Assembly: GCA_023489485.1 (NCBI GenBank)
Contig: JAMDCU010000089.1
Location: forward strand, 1-58,323
DNA: 58,323 nt
Direction of reading: 5' to 3'
Source: Chloroflexota bacterium
GTDB taxonomy: Bacteria > Chloroflexota > Anaerolineae > UBA4142
Under the pieces are notes generated by a model that saw only the letters and a list, made by a program, of their open reading frames with translations, did no database searches and was not told the DNA's origin. The position numbers and the translations under genes were made by a program. Shown in pieces: positions 19,278 to 29,502 of the stretch (position 1 is the first letter of the stretch; each line of letters starts with the position of its first letter).

Positions 19278-20239
19278 CCGGACATTACGGATGGCAGGGT
19301 AAGCGGGTCCTGGTTACCGGCGGGGCTGGTTTTATCGGCTCGCACCTTGTAGAGCAACTAGCTCGCGCGGGAGCTCTCGTAACGGTCTTGGACGACTTGA
19401 CCGCCGGTTGCCGCGAGAACTTGGGTCGCGCAAATGGAAACGCGACCCTATTTGAGCTGGACATTCGCCAAGTCGCGTGGGAAGAGTTGCTACGGAAAGA
19501 GCAGTACGAGGCAATCTTTCATCTTGCCGCAAATGCTTATGTTCCGCCTTCTGTGGAGCGACCCGCCTGGGACTATGCAATAAATCTGGATGGCACCTTT
19601 CGATTGCTCGAAGCCCTTCGCGGGACCAAATGGCCCGGGAAACTCATCTATGCCTCGTCTGCAGCGGTGTATGGCAATCCGGCGCGGATACCAATTGCCG
19701 AAGATGACCCCACGGTGCCCATCTCACCCTACGGCGTTGCTAAACTGGCTGCGGAGCGATATGTAGCTGTATACGGTCAGCTCTATGGCCTAAAAGTCGC
19801 TTCTTTGCGTTTCTTTTCCGTGTATGGGCCTCGGCAACGTAAGCAAGTGGTGTACGACTTGATCCAGAAGATCAACCAAAATCCAACCGAGTTATTCCTT
19901 CACGGTGATGGGACCCAAGTACGGGATTTCAACTACGTGGAGGACGCAGCCCGAGCAATGATGATTGTAGCAGAGAACGGAGCATTGCAGGGCGAAGTCT
20001 ACAATGTAGCCTCGGGGCGAGACTGTTCGATAGGGGAACTCGCGTCCTCGCTTTGTCGAGTCCTCCATGCTCAACCCAGATTGCTCTACAGCGGCTCAGT
20101 CCGTCCAGGCGACCCGGAGAAATGGATGGTGGATATCAAACGGCTGAGCGAGCTGCGGTACCGACCCCAAGTCTCCCTAGAGGAGGGGCTACGAAGAACG
20201 ATAGGATGGTACCGCGAAACCGTAGCGAGGTCGGCGTAA
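19274..20239 (+). CDS. NAD-dependent epimerase/dehydratase (extended SDR)
   Basis: TGGAGFIGSH, SSAAVYG, YGVAK and RDFNYV motifs. Confidence 0.93.
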   Translation: MTGHYGWQGKRVLVTGGAGFIGSHLVEQLARAGALVTVLDDLTAGCRENLGRANGNATLFELDIRQVAWEELLRKEQYEAIFHLAANAYVPPSVERPAWDYAINLDGTFRLLEALRGTKWPGKLIYASSAAVYGNPARIPIAEDDPTVPISPYGVAKLAAERYVAVYGQLYGLKVASLRFFSVYGPRQRKQVVYDLIQKINQNPTELFLHGDGTQVRDFNYVEDAARAMMIVAENGALQGEVYNVASGRDCSIGELASSLCRVLHAQPRLLYSGSVRPGDPEKWMVDIKRLSELRYRPQVSLEEGLRRTIGWYRETVARSA

Positions 20240-21369
20240 CGCAGAAGGTGGTGTTCGTCGGACCGCGATTGCAAACCGGAGGGATATCCAAGTTTGTCAA
20301 GGACTTGGACGGTGCCGAGATCGGTTATCGCATTCATCCATTCAACACAGGCAGACCGCCAAAGCCTGCCACTCGCAAGGCCGCTTTCGGATATCGCACG
20401 CTGTTTGATGCGGGCATTTTTTGGGCGATCCGGAACGGATTGATCACTGGCTGGCATATCGTCACTTTTCCCGTTGTCATTCTTGCATCGCGGGCCGCTT
20501 TAGTTCACGTGGCCACGTCCAGCGACTGGACTTTTTGGGAATCCGCCATCTATCTATGTTGTGCCAAACTCGTCGGGCGCAAGACGATCCTTCATTTCCT
20601 AAGCGACTTTCAGAGGTTCTATGGATCAGCGGGCAGCTTCGAAAAACAGATGATACAGCGGACGTTCCAGTTTGCGGACATTGTGTTCGTGCTGTCCGAA
20701 AACGTTAGGCGGACCGTTTCTACATTTATGCCGGAGGATAGAGTTGTAACCGTTCCCAGTTCCGTAGACGTGGATTCGTTTATCGATACCAAGGCCCCGA
20801 GAGAAACCGGCTCAGAAGAAAAGATCCGCGTGCTTTTCATGGGCGGCACCTCAGGCGCCCGCAAAGGGGTCAGCGATCTTGGATCTGCCATACCCGAGGT
20901 TTTGGCTAGGTGTCCCAACGTGGAGTTCATCCTATGTGGAACTGTTGATGTCCAGATGGCCTACAGGAGACTCGGAACGGGATATCAAGAATCGGTGCGA
21001 TACCTCGGCTTTGTTGATAGCACGACCAAGTCGCATCTCCTGTCTACGGCGGACGTCTACGCTTTGCCCTCCTACAGTGAGGGGATGCCATATGGAATCA
21101 TTGAGGCAATGGCAGCCGGGTTGGCCATAGTTGCCACAAGTGTAGGAAGTATTCCGGAAATTGTCGTAGATGGGGAGAACGGGTTGCTGATACGCCCAGG
21201 CGACATCGACTGCCTCGCACAGAGCCTTGTGCGACTTGCAGCGTGCCCCCAGTTGCTACATGGGATGGCGACTGTAAACAGAGAGAAGGTGTCCAAGTTC
21301 TATTCGAAAGCGGTCGCGTTTGATTTGGTCCGAAAGAATTATGATCGTGTCTTGGCATACCATGATTAG
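20206..21369 (+). CDS. Glycosyltransferase family 4
   Basis: RKG and EGMPYGIIEAMAAGLAIVATSVG motifs; start moved to ATG 20206. Confidence 0.88.
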   Translation: MVPRNRSEVGVTQKVVFVGPRLQTGGISKFVKDLDGAEIGYRIHPFNTGRPPKPATRKAAFGYRTLFDAGIFWAIRNGLITGWHIVTFPVVILASRAALVHVATSSDWTFWESAIYLCCAKLVGRKTILHFLSDFQRFYGSAGSFEKQMIQRTFQFADIVFVLSENVRRTVSTFMPEDRVVTVPSSVDVDSFIDTKAPRETGSEEKIRVLFMGGTSGARKGVSDLGSAIPEVLARCPNVEFILCGTVDVQMAYRRLGTGYQESVRYLGFVDSTTKSHLLSTADVYALPSYSEGMPYGIIEAMAAGLAIVATSVGSIPEIVVDGENGLLIRPGDIDCLAQSLVRLAACPQLLHGMATVNREKVSKFYSKAVAFDLVRKNYDRVLAYHD

Positions 21370-21706
21370 ATCCGAGATAGTGCTTGGTGATCGCGTAGAC
21401 CAGCACCTAATCGATTCTCTGACACGATTAGAAAACTGGGCCGTTCGAAGTCAATTCCGCGGTTATGAGCCGTTCGATGGTCTGAATTCATGGCTCCGCC
21501 CTCTCGCGTTCAACCGCCTGGGCAGACAAGCCTTTGTGCAGGTCGGCATTCGCTCTCGCGTGAACCTCCGTCCCCCTCTGGGCATCAAGCCGGCTACGAG
21601 TACAAAGGCAATGGGTTATTTTGCCCGCGGGTACCTGAAGCTATATCAGGTAGCGGCAGATCGTACTTGGCTCGACAGAGCGCGGTACTGTCTTGATGCG
21701 TGGTGA
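21362..21706 (+). pseudogene. N-terminal fragment of an (alpha/alpha)6-barrel glycan-cluster protein (paralog of 23237..24490)
   Basis: FRGYEPFDGLNS...NLRPPLGIK...KAMGYF aligns with FRGYDPHDALNS...NPRPALDIE...KAMGLF of the 23237 ORF; it stops after ~114 aa. Confidence 0.8.
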
Positions 21707-23255
21707 TTCCAATCTAGAGGCCGCAGTTGGGGAGTTCTCTCGCGGCCATGGAGTGGATACTGCCCTAGTCACCGCTGCTGGCTCTTCCAGCGATCCGGTT
21801 TCTCTCGCAGCGAGCATCTGCCGCGACCGCGGCCGTGTAGTAGTTGTTGGCGGGGTCCGCATGGACATACCCCGAGACGTCTGTTATCAGAAGGAATTAG
21901 ACATCAAGCTCTCTCGATCATACGGGCCAGGCCGCTACGACCTGGTCTATGAGCATAAAGGTGTCGACTATCCGATAGGATACGTGCGGTGGACAGAACA
22001 ACGCAATATGCAGGCGTTTTTGGATCTTCTCGCCGCTGGGAGACTTGATATAGCAGGTATCATCACCCACCGATTTCCGTTTGGCCAGGCGGAGAATGCC
22101 TACGATCTGCTTGCCAGTGGGCATCGAGAGCGCGGGAGCCGGGTGCCGCTCGGGATTCTCTTCGAGTACGACACAGCTCAAGATCGTCTGGCTCCTCTGA
22201 CCCGAAAGACCTACACAGCTGCAACGAGATCAGGACCCCAAAAAGACCTCCACGAGATCGGTATCGGCTTCATTGGCGCAGGCGGTTTCGCCCGTAGATC
22301 TCTCTTGCCAGCACTCCTGAAACGGAGAAACGTCCGGCTAGTGGGGCTTGCCACGGCATCCGGCATCAGCGCAAAGAGCTCGGCTGATAGATTTGACTTT
22401 ATCTACTGTACAGGGGACTACAAACAGATCCTTGATGATCCGAATGTCAATGTTGTTTTTATCGCCACTCGCCACAACTTGCATGCTCGGCTTGCTGCCG
22501 AGGCTTTGCAGAGCGGCAAGGCCGTGTTCGTGGAAAAGCCGCTCGCGCTAAACGAGGAGCAATTAGAGCAAGTGCTGCAGTCCCGCAGGTCTGCAGAGGG
22601 CATGCATGGAGCGCCAATATTGATGGTAGGATTTAATCGAAGATTCGCTCCATTTAGCCGCAGATTAAAGGAGCATTTTGTAGAGGTCGCCGAGCCGTTG
22701 ATGGTTCACTACCGAGTGAACGGAGGATTCATCCCAAAGGGCCATTGGACACAGGACGCGGATCAAGGTGGTGGAAGAATCCTGGGCGAGGTTTGCCATT
22801 TTGTGGATTGGATTCAATTTCTAGTCGGCAGCCAGCCTGTTCAGGTCTCGGCGCGGGCATTGCCGGATGGCGGAGTCTATCAAAGTGACAACGTGGTCGT
22901 CACAATCGCGTATGCTAACGGTTCGGTTGGTACGATTCTATACTCTGCAAACGGCGACAAAAGTGTCGGGAAAGAGCGAGCGGAAGTAATGGGCGGTGGC
23001 CGGACAGGCTTCCTTAATGATTTTCGAGAGTTGGTCCTAGCTGCAAAAGGGCACAAGGCATCGTACAGAGCGCGCCTCGCGCAGGATAAAGGTCATGCCG
23101 CCGAAATGCGCTCTTTTGTCGATGCTATTCAAGATAACAAGCCAGCCCCGATCCCGCTCGTCGAGCTCATAGCAACCACGCGGGTAACATTTAGTATTAT
23201 GAAATCGCTCCGCGAGAAGAAACCTATTGACGTCCCATGCTGGAGCTACAGTTGA
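21693..23255 (+). pseudogene. Bi-domain oxidoreductase (Zn-ADH-like + Gfo/Idh/MocA), N-terminally truncated
   Basis: SRSYGPGRYD, DYPIGYVRWTEQRNM, GFIGAGGF, VFVEKP, VGFNRRF and GEVCHF motifs. It begins mid-ADH domain with no N-terminal part and no RBS. Confidence 0.75.
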
Positions 23256-24490
23256 TCGAAAACTCGGAAGAGCTAAACACTACGGCTGCAGCCGTGAAGC
23301 TGGACGACTGGATAGAGGCCGAGGACTTTCGGGGATATGACCCGCATGATGCGCTGAACAGTCCGTTTCTGAATCGCCTGTCCTCCTCAAATAGGTTCCT
23401 TGGGATTGTCTTCCTTCAATCGCTCAAACGCCTCCCCCTGAACCCGCGCCCTGCACTCGACATCGAAAAGGGTTACAACCCCAAAGCCATGGGCCTGTTT
23501 TTAAAGTCGTATTTGCGCAAATATGAGCTCTTCAAGCAACCGCAGCATCTTCGAGTGGCCCAGCGTATGGCGCTATGGTTGGTTCAGCATATATCCCCGG
23601 GTTATCACGGGGCTTGTTGGGGATACAACTTTCCTTGGCCCAATCGAGGCTTCTTTGCCCCTATCGGTACTCCAACAGTCGTCAACACCGCGTTTATCGG
23701 TTTCGCATTTCTAGAGGCTTACCGTCTGCTCGGGTCGTCTGATCTTCTCGATGTGGCACGCAGTGCGTGTGACTTTGTCTTGGTCGATCTAGCACGAACG
23801 GTCGGTGAGCACGGATCTTGCTTCTCTTATACCCCCTTGGACAGGCGACAAGTTCACAACGCGAACATGCTGGGCGCTACTCTCTTAGCCAGGGTGGGCG
23901 CCTTTACCGGTGAAGATCGCCTTATTGAGACTGCATCAAGCGCAGTAGAATTCACGGTTGGGCATCAGCGGCCGGATGGAAGTTGGCCTTACGGAGTAGG
24001 CGGGCGCGAAGCGTGGACTGACAACTTTCATACCGGCTATGTCCTGGAGTGCCTGCACGATTTCATCGATACTACAGGTCAGGAGAACTATGTCCCCCAT
24101 CTGGAGGCCGGCCTCCAGTTCTATCGTGACCACTTTTTCCTCGAAGATGGTGCCCCTCGGTACTATTCCAACAGTACCCATCCTATTGATATTCACAGCG
24201 CTTCACAGGCTATCCTGACCTTTCTCAAGCTATCAAGTCGCTATCCTGAGCTAGATTCCCTGGCGAGGCACGTGGCTGGTTGGACCATAACGCATATGCA
24301 GTCTCGAGAAGGGTTCTTTTACTATCAAATTTATCGTAACTATACGATTCGAATCCCCTATATGCGCTGGGCCCAGGCATGGATGCAGCTGGCCTTGGTC
24401 GAGCTCGAATATGGAGGTAGAACATCCACGCCTCTAGAGGCTAGAGTTGAATCCTCGAAAAGATATGCAATCGAGGAAAAAGTACCGTGA
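23237..24490 (+). CDS. (alpha/alpha)6-barrel protein of polysaccharide loci (family often mis-annotated as ALA dehydratase)
   Basis: GYDPHDALNS, WGYNFPW, FSYTP...VHNAN, DNFHTGY, PIDIH and PYMRWAQAW motifs. Confidence 0.75.
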   Translation: MLELQLIENSEELNTTAAAVKLDDWIEAEDFRGYDPHDALNSPFLNRLSSSNRFLGIVFLQSLKRLPLNPRPALDIEKGYNPKAMGLFLKSYLRKYELFKQPQHLRVAQRMALWLVQHISPGYHGACWGYNFPWPNRGFFAPIGTPTVVNTAFIGFAFLEAYRLLGSSDLLDVARSACDFVLVDLARTVGEHGSCFSYTPLDRRQVHNANMLGATLLARVGAFTGEDRLIETASSAVEFTVGHQRPDGSWPYGVGGREAWTDNFHTGYVLECLHDFIDTTGQENYVPHLEAGLQFYRDHFFLEDGAPRYYSNSTHPIDIHSASQAILTFLKLSSRYPELDSLARHVAGWTITHMQSREGFFYYQIYRNYTIRIPYMRWAQAWMQLALVELEYGGRTSTPLEARVESSKRYAIEEKVP

Positions 24491-24639
24491 TTCCGTTCAT
24501 AACCCGCCGCATTGGGTCAGTTGAGTTCCGGCGCTGGAACAGGCCCCCACTCGATTTGGCGTCCGACTCCACAAGCATCCTATACTGGCTCCCCACCGCC
24601 CTTCCAGCGTAGACGCGGTCGTTACCTTAAATGGCCTGA

Positions 24640-25078
24640 TAGATGCGTTGGCATTTCTCCGACTCCAATTGCTGGTCTTTTCCCCATCCATCCCCGAACC
24701 ATGGCTAAGCTGAGGGAAAGAGGCCCGCTGCGAGTGGTCCACTCTCTAACAAGCGTCCGGTTATTGGAGCCGCGAGGCTATCTGCAATTCTTGCCATGGA
24801 TGGCTGGTGCGAGAGCTGTCGTGGTCGAATCGGGAGGGATATAGGAAGAGATGACCATCCCGGAAGTTCCTCGCTCGATATCTCGGGAGAATACGGAACG
24901 CCCAGTCACCATACCAGAAGGTACCAACAAGATGATGGGGACCCGACCGGACAAGATCATCGCGCCATTACGACCCGTTCTCAATGGAGAATGTAGACCG
25001 GCACGCCAGCCCGAGTTATGGGATGGCGGTGCGGCGAAAAGGACAGTAGAAGTTCTGCGCTCAAGGACGCGTGGCTAA
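24640..25078 (+). pseudogene. wecB: C-terminal remnant of a second UDP-GlcNAc 2-epimerase
   Basis: FPIHPRT...EPRGYLQF...ESGGI*EEMT...RENTERPVT..EGTN...PELWDGGAAKR; in-frame TAG at 24842 replaces the Q of SGGIQEE. Confidence 0.85.
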
Positions 25079-25080
25079 CC

Positions 25081-25830
25081 GTGGAGCGGATCAATCTACT
25101 GGGCTCTCCAATCGATAAGGTCACAATGAACGATGCTGTCGAGCTGGCGGTAGAATATGTTGCAAGTCGATGTCCTCATCAACTTGTCGCGATCAATGCT
25201 GCAAAGGTGGTGTTGGCTCACCAACGACCAGAATTCCGTAGGATTCTTTGGAACAGTGATCTTGCCTTTGTGGATGGGCAGCCGCTGAGGTTTGCCGGGA
25301 GTATACTCGGTCACCATCTCCCCGAGCTCATTAGCGGGCACTTTCTAATGGAGAGGCTTATCGCGCGAGCTGCGGAGAATGGATTGTCTGTTTATTTCCT
25401 TGGGGCAAAGCTGGAAGCGGTGGGCAAAGTCGTGGGAATTTTCCAGGAACTATACCCGGCTTTGCGTGTGGCTGGCTGGCGAGATGGTTTTTGGCGGGCC
25501 GAAGATGAACGAGAGGTCGTTCGTGAGGCTAGGAGATCCGGTGCCGACATGCTTTTTCTAGCTTTGGGAACGCCGCGCAAGGAAGAGTGGATCGCGCGGT
25601 ACAAGGAGGAGTTGGAGATTCCCGTGTGCATGGGTGTGGGCGGCAGTTTCGACGTGATTGCCGGAACTCTGAGGATAGAACCGGCATGGATGCGAAATGT
25701 CGGGTTGGCTTGGCTCTTTCGCTTGATCCAAGAGCCCAGGCGCATGGGGAAGAGATACATTAGTACAAACCCCGTTTTTGTCCAGCTTCTTCTACAGGAA
25801 CTGTGGCACCGAGCAAATGTGGACTACTGA
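25081..25830 (+). CDS. WecG/TagA/CpsF family glycosyltransferase (GT26)
   Basis: DGQP, YFLGA, LGTPRKEEW, GVGGSFD and LIQEPRRM motifs; GTG start at 25081. Confidence 0.92.
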   Translation: MERINLLGSPIDKVTMNDAVELAVEYVASRCPHQLVAINAAKVVLAHQRPEFRRILWNSDLAFVDGQPLRFAGSILGHHLPELISGHFLMERLIARAAENGLSVYFLGAKLEAVGKVVGIFQELYPALRVAGWRDGFWRAEDEREVVREARRSGADMLFLALGTPRKEEWIARYKEELEIPVCMGVGGSFDVIAGTLRIEPAWMRNVGLAWLFRLIQEPRRMGKRYISTNPVFVQLLLQELWHRANVDY

Positions 25831-25852
25831 CGGAAGGAGATCGCTAGAGGAC

Positions 25853-26554
25853 ATGATGTTCACCCCCTCAAGAACAGTCTCACCTATCCAATCAGCCGCT
25901 CCCGCGCATTACCTGGGGGTAAAGCGATTCATTGACGTTATTTTGGCACTCATCATCTTGATTGGCCTTGCTCCCGTTGAGCTTTTGATTGCCTGCCTAA
26001 TTAAGCTTACTTCCCCTGGGCCAATATTCTTCAGGCAAAGAAAAGAGATTGGTAAGGACGGGCGTATCTTTACGCTTTACAAATTCCGAACAATGTATGT
26101 TGGCGCGTCCGAAGGCATTAACGTTGAATTCCAAAAGAATTATATAACGAAGAACGAGCCCTACAAGTATGTCATCGATAGACGCGGACGAAGACGTCCG
26201 GTATACAAAGTCACAGACGACCCCCGGGTAACCAGGTTTGGGGCTCTGCTGCGCCGAACAGGGCTGGACGAGATGCCGCAATTCATCAACGTATTACGGG
26301 GCGAAATGAGCACCGTCGGGCCCCGTCCTGCTACGCTCTATGAGTATGAACATTACCAGCCCCATCACAAGCAGCGCCTGAGCGTTATTCCCGGAATAAC
26401 CGGCCTTCACCAAATCCGTACTCGCAGCTCTGTGGGTTTTGACGAGATGGTGAAAAGCGATCTCGACTATATCGCCAGGCGCTCTCTGTGGCTCGATTTG
26501 GAGATTATTCTCAAGACGCCCTGGGCCATGTTCTTTGGCAAAGGAGCCTGCTGA
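25853..26554 (+). CDS. Priming phosphoglycosyl (sugar) transferase
   Basis: KRFID, FTLYKFRTM, DDPRVT, LDEMPQFINVLRGEMSTVGPRP and PGITG motifs. Confidence 0.95.
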   Translation: MMFTPSRTVSPIQSAAPAHYLGVKRFIDVILALIILIGLAPVELLIACLIKLTSPGPIFFRQRKEIGKDGRIFTLYKFRTMYVGASEGINVEFQKNYITKNEPYKYVIDRRGRRRPVYKVTDDPRVTRFGALLRRTGLDEMPQFINVLRGEMSTVGPRPATLYEYEHYQPHHKQRLSVIPGITGLHQIRTRSSVGFDEMVKSDLDYIARRSLWLDLEIILKTPWAMFFGKGAC

Positions 26555-27288
26555 TTCGGTCCTCGGAAATCCGGGCACTGTTGCTCGCCGCCGGAGAGGG
26601 CACGCGGCTCCGGCCCTTGACCGAGAAACTCCCCAAGCCAATGGTCCGAGTCGACGGCAAGCCCATCCTCCAGCACAACATAGAGCTCCTCGCTCGCCAC
26701 AATATCCGCACGATTGCAGTCAATCTCCACCATTGTCCGGATGCAGTCACGAATCATTTCAAAGACGGTTCCCTCTTCGGTGTCGAGATTACCTACTCCC
26801 GCGAGGCTCAGCTCCTCGGCACCGCGGGGGCTGTCAAGAACCTGGAGCGCTTTTTCCAGTCGACGTTCCTTGTGATTTATGGCGATAACCTCTTGAACTG
26901 TGATCTCACCCGCCTCATAGCTTTTCACCGTCAGCGCGGCGGCATCGGCACGGTCGCCCTTCACTATCGCGAGGACACGCGCCAAAGTGGCGTAGCCGTC
27001 CTCGATGCTAGCGACCGGATCACGCATTTTATTGAGAAACCCCAAACCCCGGAACCTCCCAGCCACTGGGTAAATGCCGGCGTCCTCGTCCTGGAGCCGC
27101 AAGTGCTCCATTTTATCCCTCCCGCCGTCGCGTCTGATTTCGGTCGAGAAATCATGCCTCTCCTCCTTCAAAGAGGCGAGCGCTTGAATGGCTATCGCCT
27201 GGCCTCCGATGAAGGGCCATGGTGGATTGATACGCCCGCTGATCTCGCACGAGTCCAGACCATTTTCCAAGAGGTGGCGACCCAATGA
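26551..27288 (+). CDS. Sugar-1-phosphate nucleotidyltransferase (HddC-like)
   Basis: LAAGEGTRLRPLT..LPKPM, LGTAGA, YGDNL and WWIDTPADL motifs. Probable CTG start after AAGGAG, overlapping the upstream TGA. Confidence 0.85.
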   Translation: MIRSSEIRALLLAAGEGTRLRPLTEKLPKPMVRVDGKPILQHNIELLARHNIRTIAVNLHHCPDAVTNHFKDGSLFGVEITYSREAQLLGTAGAVKNLERFFQSTFLVIYGDNLLNCDLTRLIAFHRQRGGIGTVALHYREDTRQSGVAVLDASDRITHFIEKPQTPEPPSHWVNAGVLVLEPQVLHFIPPAVASDFGREIMPLLLQRGERLNGYRLASDEGPWWIDTPADLARVQTIFQEVATQ

Positions 27289-28274
27289 TTCTTGCCCGTG
27301 CCCCCGTGCGCATCCCCCTCGGCGGTGGTGGAACCGATCTACCCTCGTACTATTCTCGTTTCGGCGGTTTCGTCCTCAGCGCGGCGATCAACAAGTACGT
27401 CTACATCTACGTGAACCGGCCGGCGGCGGATGATCTCCTCCGCATCAAGTACAGCCGGTACGAGGAAACCGACCGAGTGGACGATATCCTCCACGATCTG
27501 GTCCGTCCTGCCCTCAACCTCCTCAACCTAGACTCGGGCCTCGAGATCGTCTCGATGGCCGATGTCCCTGCCGGTACCGGTATGGGATCTTCCGGCAGTT
27601 ACCTGGTCGCGCTCCTCACTGCGCTGCACTCGTTCAAGCGAGAGCGCGTTCCCATTCAGGCTCTTGCCGAAGAGGCCTGCCACGTGGAGATGGAGATGGC
27701 GGGCCATCCGGTCGGCAAGCACGACCACTATCTCGCCGCCTTCGGCGGCATAACCTGCCTGGATATCGACACTCATGGCAAGGTGCGCGTCTCTCCCCTG
27801 GACATACCTATCCATGCCGCTGAGGAACTTAGGTCTTCCATCCTGCTCTACTATACCGGCAAGCGCCGTCCCAGCTCCGAGGTATTGAGCGAGCAAAAGC
27901 GCGATACCGAGCAAGGCGATGCGACCGTTCTCGACAGCCTGCACAAGACCAAGGAGCTCGGTTTCCAAATCAAAGAGGCCCTCCTAAAGGGCGATGTCAA
28001 TGCGTTCGGCCAACTGCTGGACGAGCATTGGCAGAACAAAAAACGCCGCTCGTCAAAGATCAGCGATCCTCGCCTCGATGTGCTTTATGACTGCGCCCGG
28101 CAAAACGGCGCTTTGGGCGGCAAGATCATGGGCGCCGGCGGTGGCGGCTTTTTCCTGTTCTGCTGCCCGAACGGGAACAGGGGCGCCGTCCGCCGCGCCA
28201 TGAACTCGCAAGGGCTGCGTGAAGTCCCCTTTGATTTCGATTACGAAGGCGCCAAGGTCCTCGTGAACTTTTAG
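27285..28274 (+). CDS. hddA: GHMP kinase, heptose-7-phosphate kinase-like
   Basis: RAPVRIPLGGGGTD, PAGTGMGSSG and GGKIMGAGGGGF motifs. Confidence 0.8.
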   Translation: MILARAPVRIPLGGGGTDLPSYYSRFGGFVLSAAINKYVYIYVNRPAADDLLRIKYSRYEETDRVDDILHDLVRPALNLLNLDSGLEIVSMADVPAGTGMGSSGSYLVALLTALHSFKRERVPIQALAEEACHVEMEMAGHPVGKHDHYLAAFGGITCLDIDTHGKVRVSPLDIPIHAAEELRSSILLYYTGKRRPSSEVLSEQKRDTEQGDATVLDSLHKTKELGFQIKEALLKGDVNAFGQLLDEHWQNKKRRSSKISDPRLDVLYDCARQNGALGGKIMGAGGGGFFLFCCPNGNRGAVRRAMNSQGLREVPFDFDYEGAKVLVNF

Positions 28275-28287
28275 GAAGGAGTCATAA

Positions 28288-29484
28288 CTGAAGGTTCTCG
28301 TCACCGGCGGCGCCGGTTTCATCGGGTCGCATACCGTAGATTTGCTTTTGGAAAAAGGGTACGATGTCCGGATCGTGGACAGTCTTCAGCCCCGCGTCCA
28401 TCCGCGCGGCAAGCCGGACTATGTTCCCAAGGAAGCAGAGTTTATCGTCGGCGACGTGGCGAATCCGGAGGACCTGAGCAAAGCCCTGGAAGGGATGGAT
28501 TTTGTCTTCCATCTCGCGGCTTACCAGGACTATATGCCGGATTTCAGCCGCTTTATTCACACGAATACCGAATCGTCAGCCCTCATGTTCGAGCTCATTG
28601 TCGCCAATCGCAAGCGGTACCCGGTGAAAAAGATCGTGTTTGCCGCATCGCAGGCAGTCTCCGGTGAAGGCAAGTATCGGTGCGTTCACGGCGGCACACC
28701 CGTTCCCCTGCCCCCGCTGGGAGGGAGCAGGGCGGTAGGTGAGTACACCTCTTGCGGCATCTTCTACCCCGGTCCGCGTTCGCTGGATCAGCTCCGTCGC
28801 GGCCAATGGGATTTCTGCTGTCCGGATTGTGGCGGTCCCGCCGAACCGATGCTCATCGACGAAGCGACCTGCAATCATCCGCATACGGCCTATGGAATCT
28901 CCAAGTACGCTATCGAACTCCTTGCCTTTAACCTTGGCCGTCGCTATGGGATTCCGACCGCCGCCATGCGCTACACGTACGTCCAGGGTCCTCGCAATTC
29001 TTTCTTCAACGCCTACTCCGGCATTGCCCGTCGTTTCGCCCTGCGCATACGGGCGGGGCTGTCCGCCGTCTGCTATGAGGATGGCCAGCAGCTCCGGGAC
29101 TATGTGAACGTCCGGGATGTCGCCTGTGCAAACGTCATGGTGCTCGAGGCGCCCCAGGCGGATGGGCTCGCCTACAACGTTGGCGGCGGCCGTGCCATCA
29201 CCGTCCTCGATTTTGCCAACATCATGCTGAAAGAGACCGGCAGTCCGCTCGCCCCGCAGGTTCCCGGCGAGTTTAGGCTCGGCGACACGCGGCACACGGT
29301 TTCGGATATCAGCCGCATGCGCGCCCTTGGCTGGGAGCCAAAGGTCCCCGTCGAGCAGAACGTGCGCGAGTACCTCGAATGGCTTGATACTCAGACCGGC
29401 ACGGACGAATACCTCTTTGAAGCGGAGCGCATCATGAAAGAGCATCAGGTGGTACAGAAAGCCGACGTGGCTCGGGCAGCATAG
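28288..29484 (+). CDS. NAD-dependent epimerase/dehydratase with a Cys-rich insertion
   Basis: KVLVTGGAGFIGSH begins at 28291, after CTG 28288 (in-frame TAA at 28285; RBS GGAAGGAG). Also YGISK and C...C...CCPDCG. Confidence 0.88.
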   Translation: MKVLVTGGAGFIGSHTVDLLLEKGYDVRIVDSLQPRVHPRGKPDYVPKEAEFIVGDVANPEDLSKALEGMDFVFHLAAYQDYMPDFSRFIHTNTESSALMFELIVANRKRYPVKKIVFAASQAVSGEGKYRCVHGGTPVPLPPLGGSRAVGEYTSCGIFYPGPRSLDQLRRGQWDFCCPDCGGPAEPMLIDEATCNHPHTAYGISKYAIELLAFNLGRRYGIPTAAMRYTYVQGPRNSFFNAYSGIARRFALRIRAGLSAVCYEDGQQLRDYVNVRDVACANVMVLEAPQADGLAYNVGGGRAITVLDFANIMLKETGSPLAPQVPGEFRLGDTRHTVSDISRMRALGWEPKVPVEQNVREYLEWLDTQTGTDEYLFEAERIMKEHQVVQKADVARAA

Positions 29485-29502
29485 GGGAGGAGGGAGAAGC
29501 GA

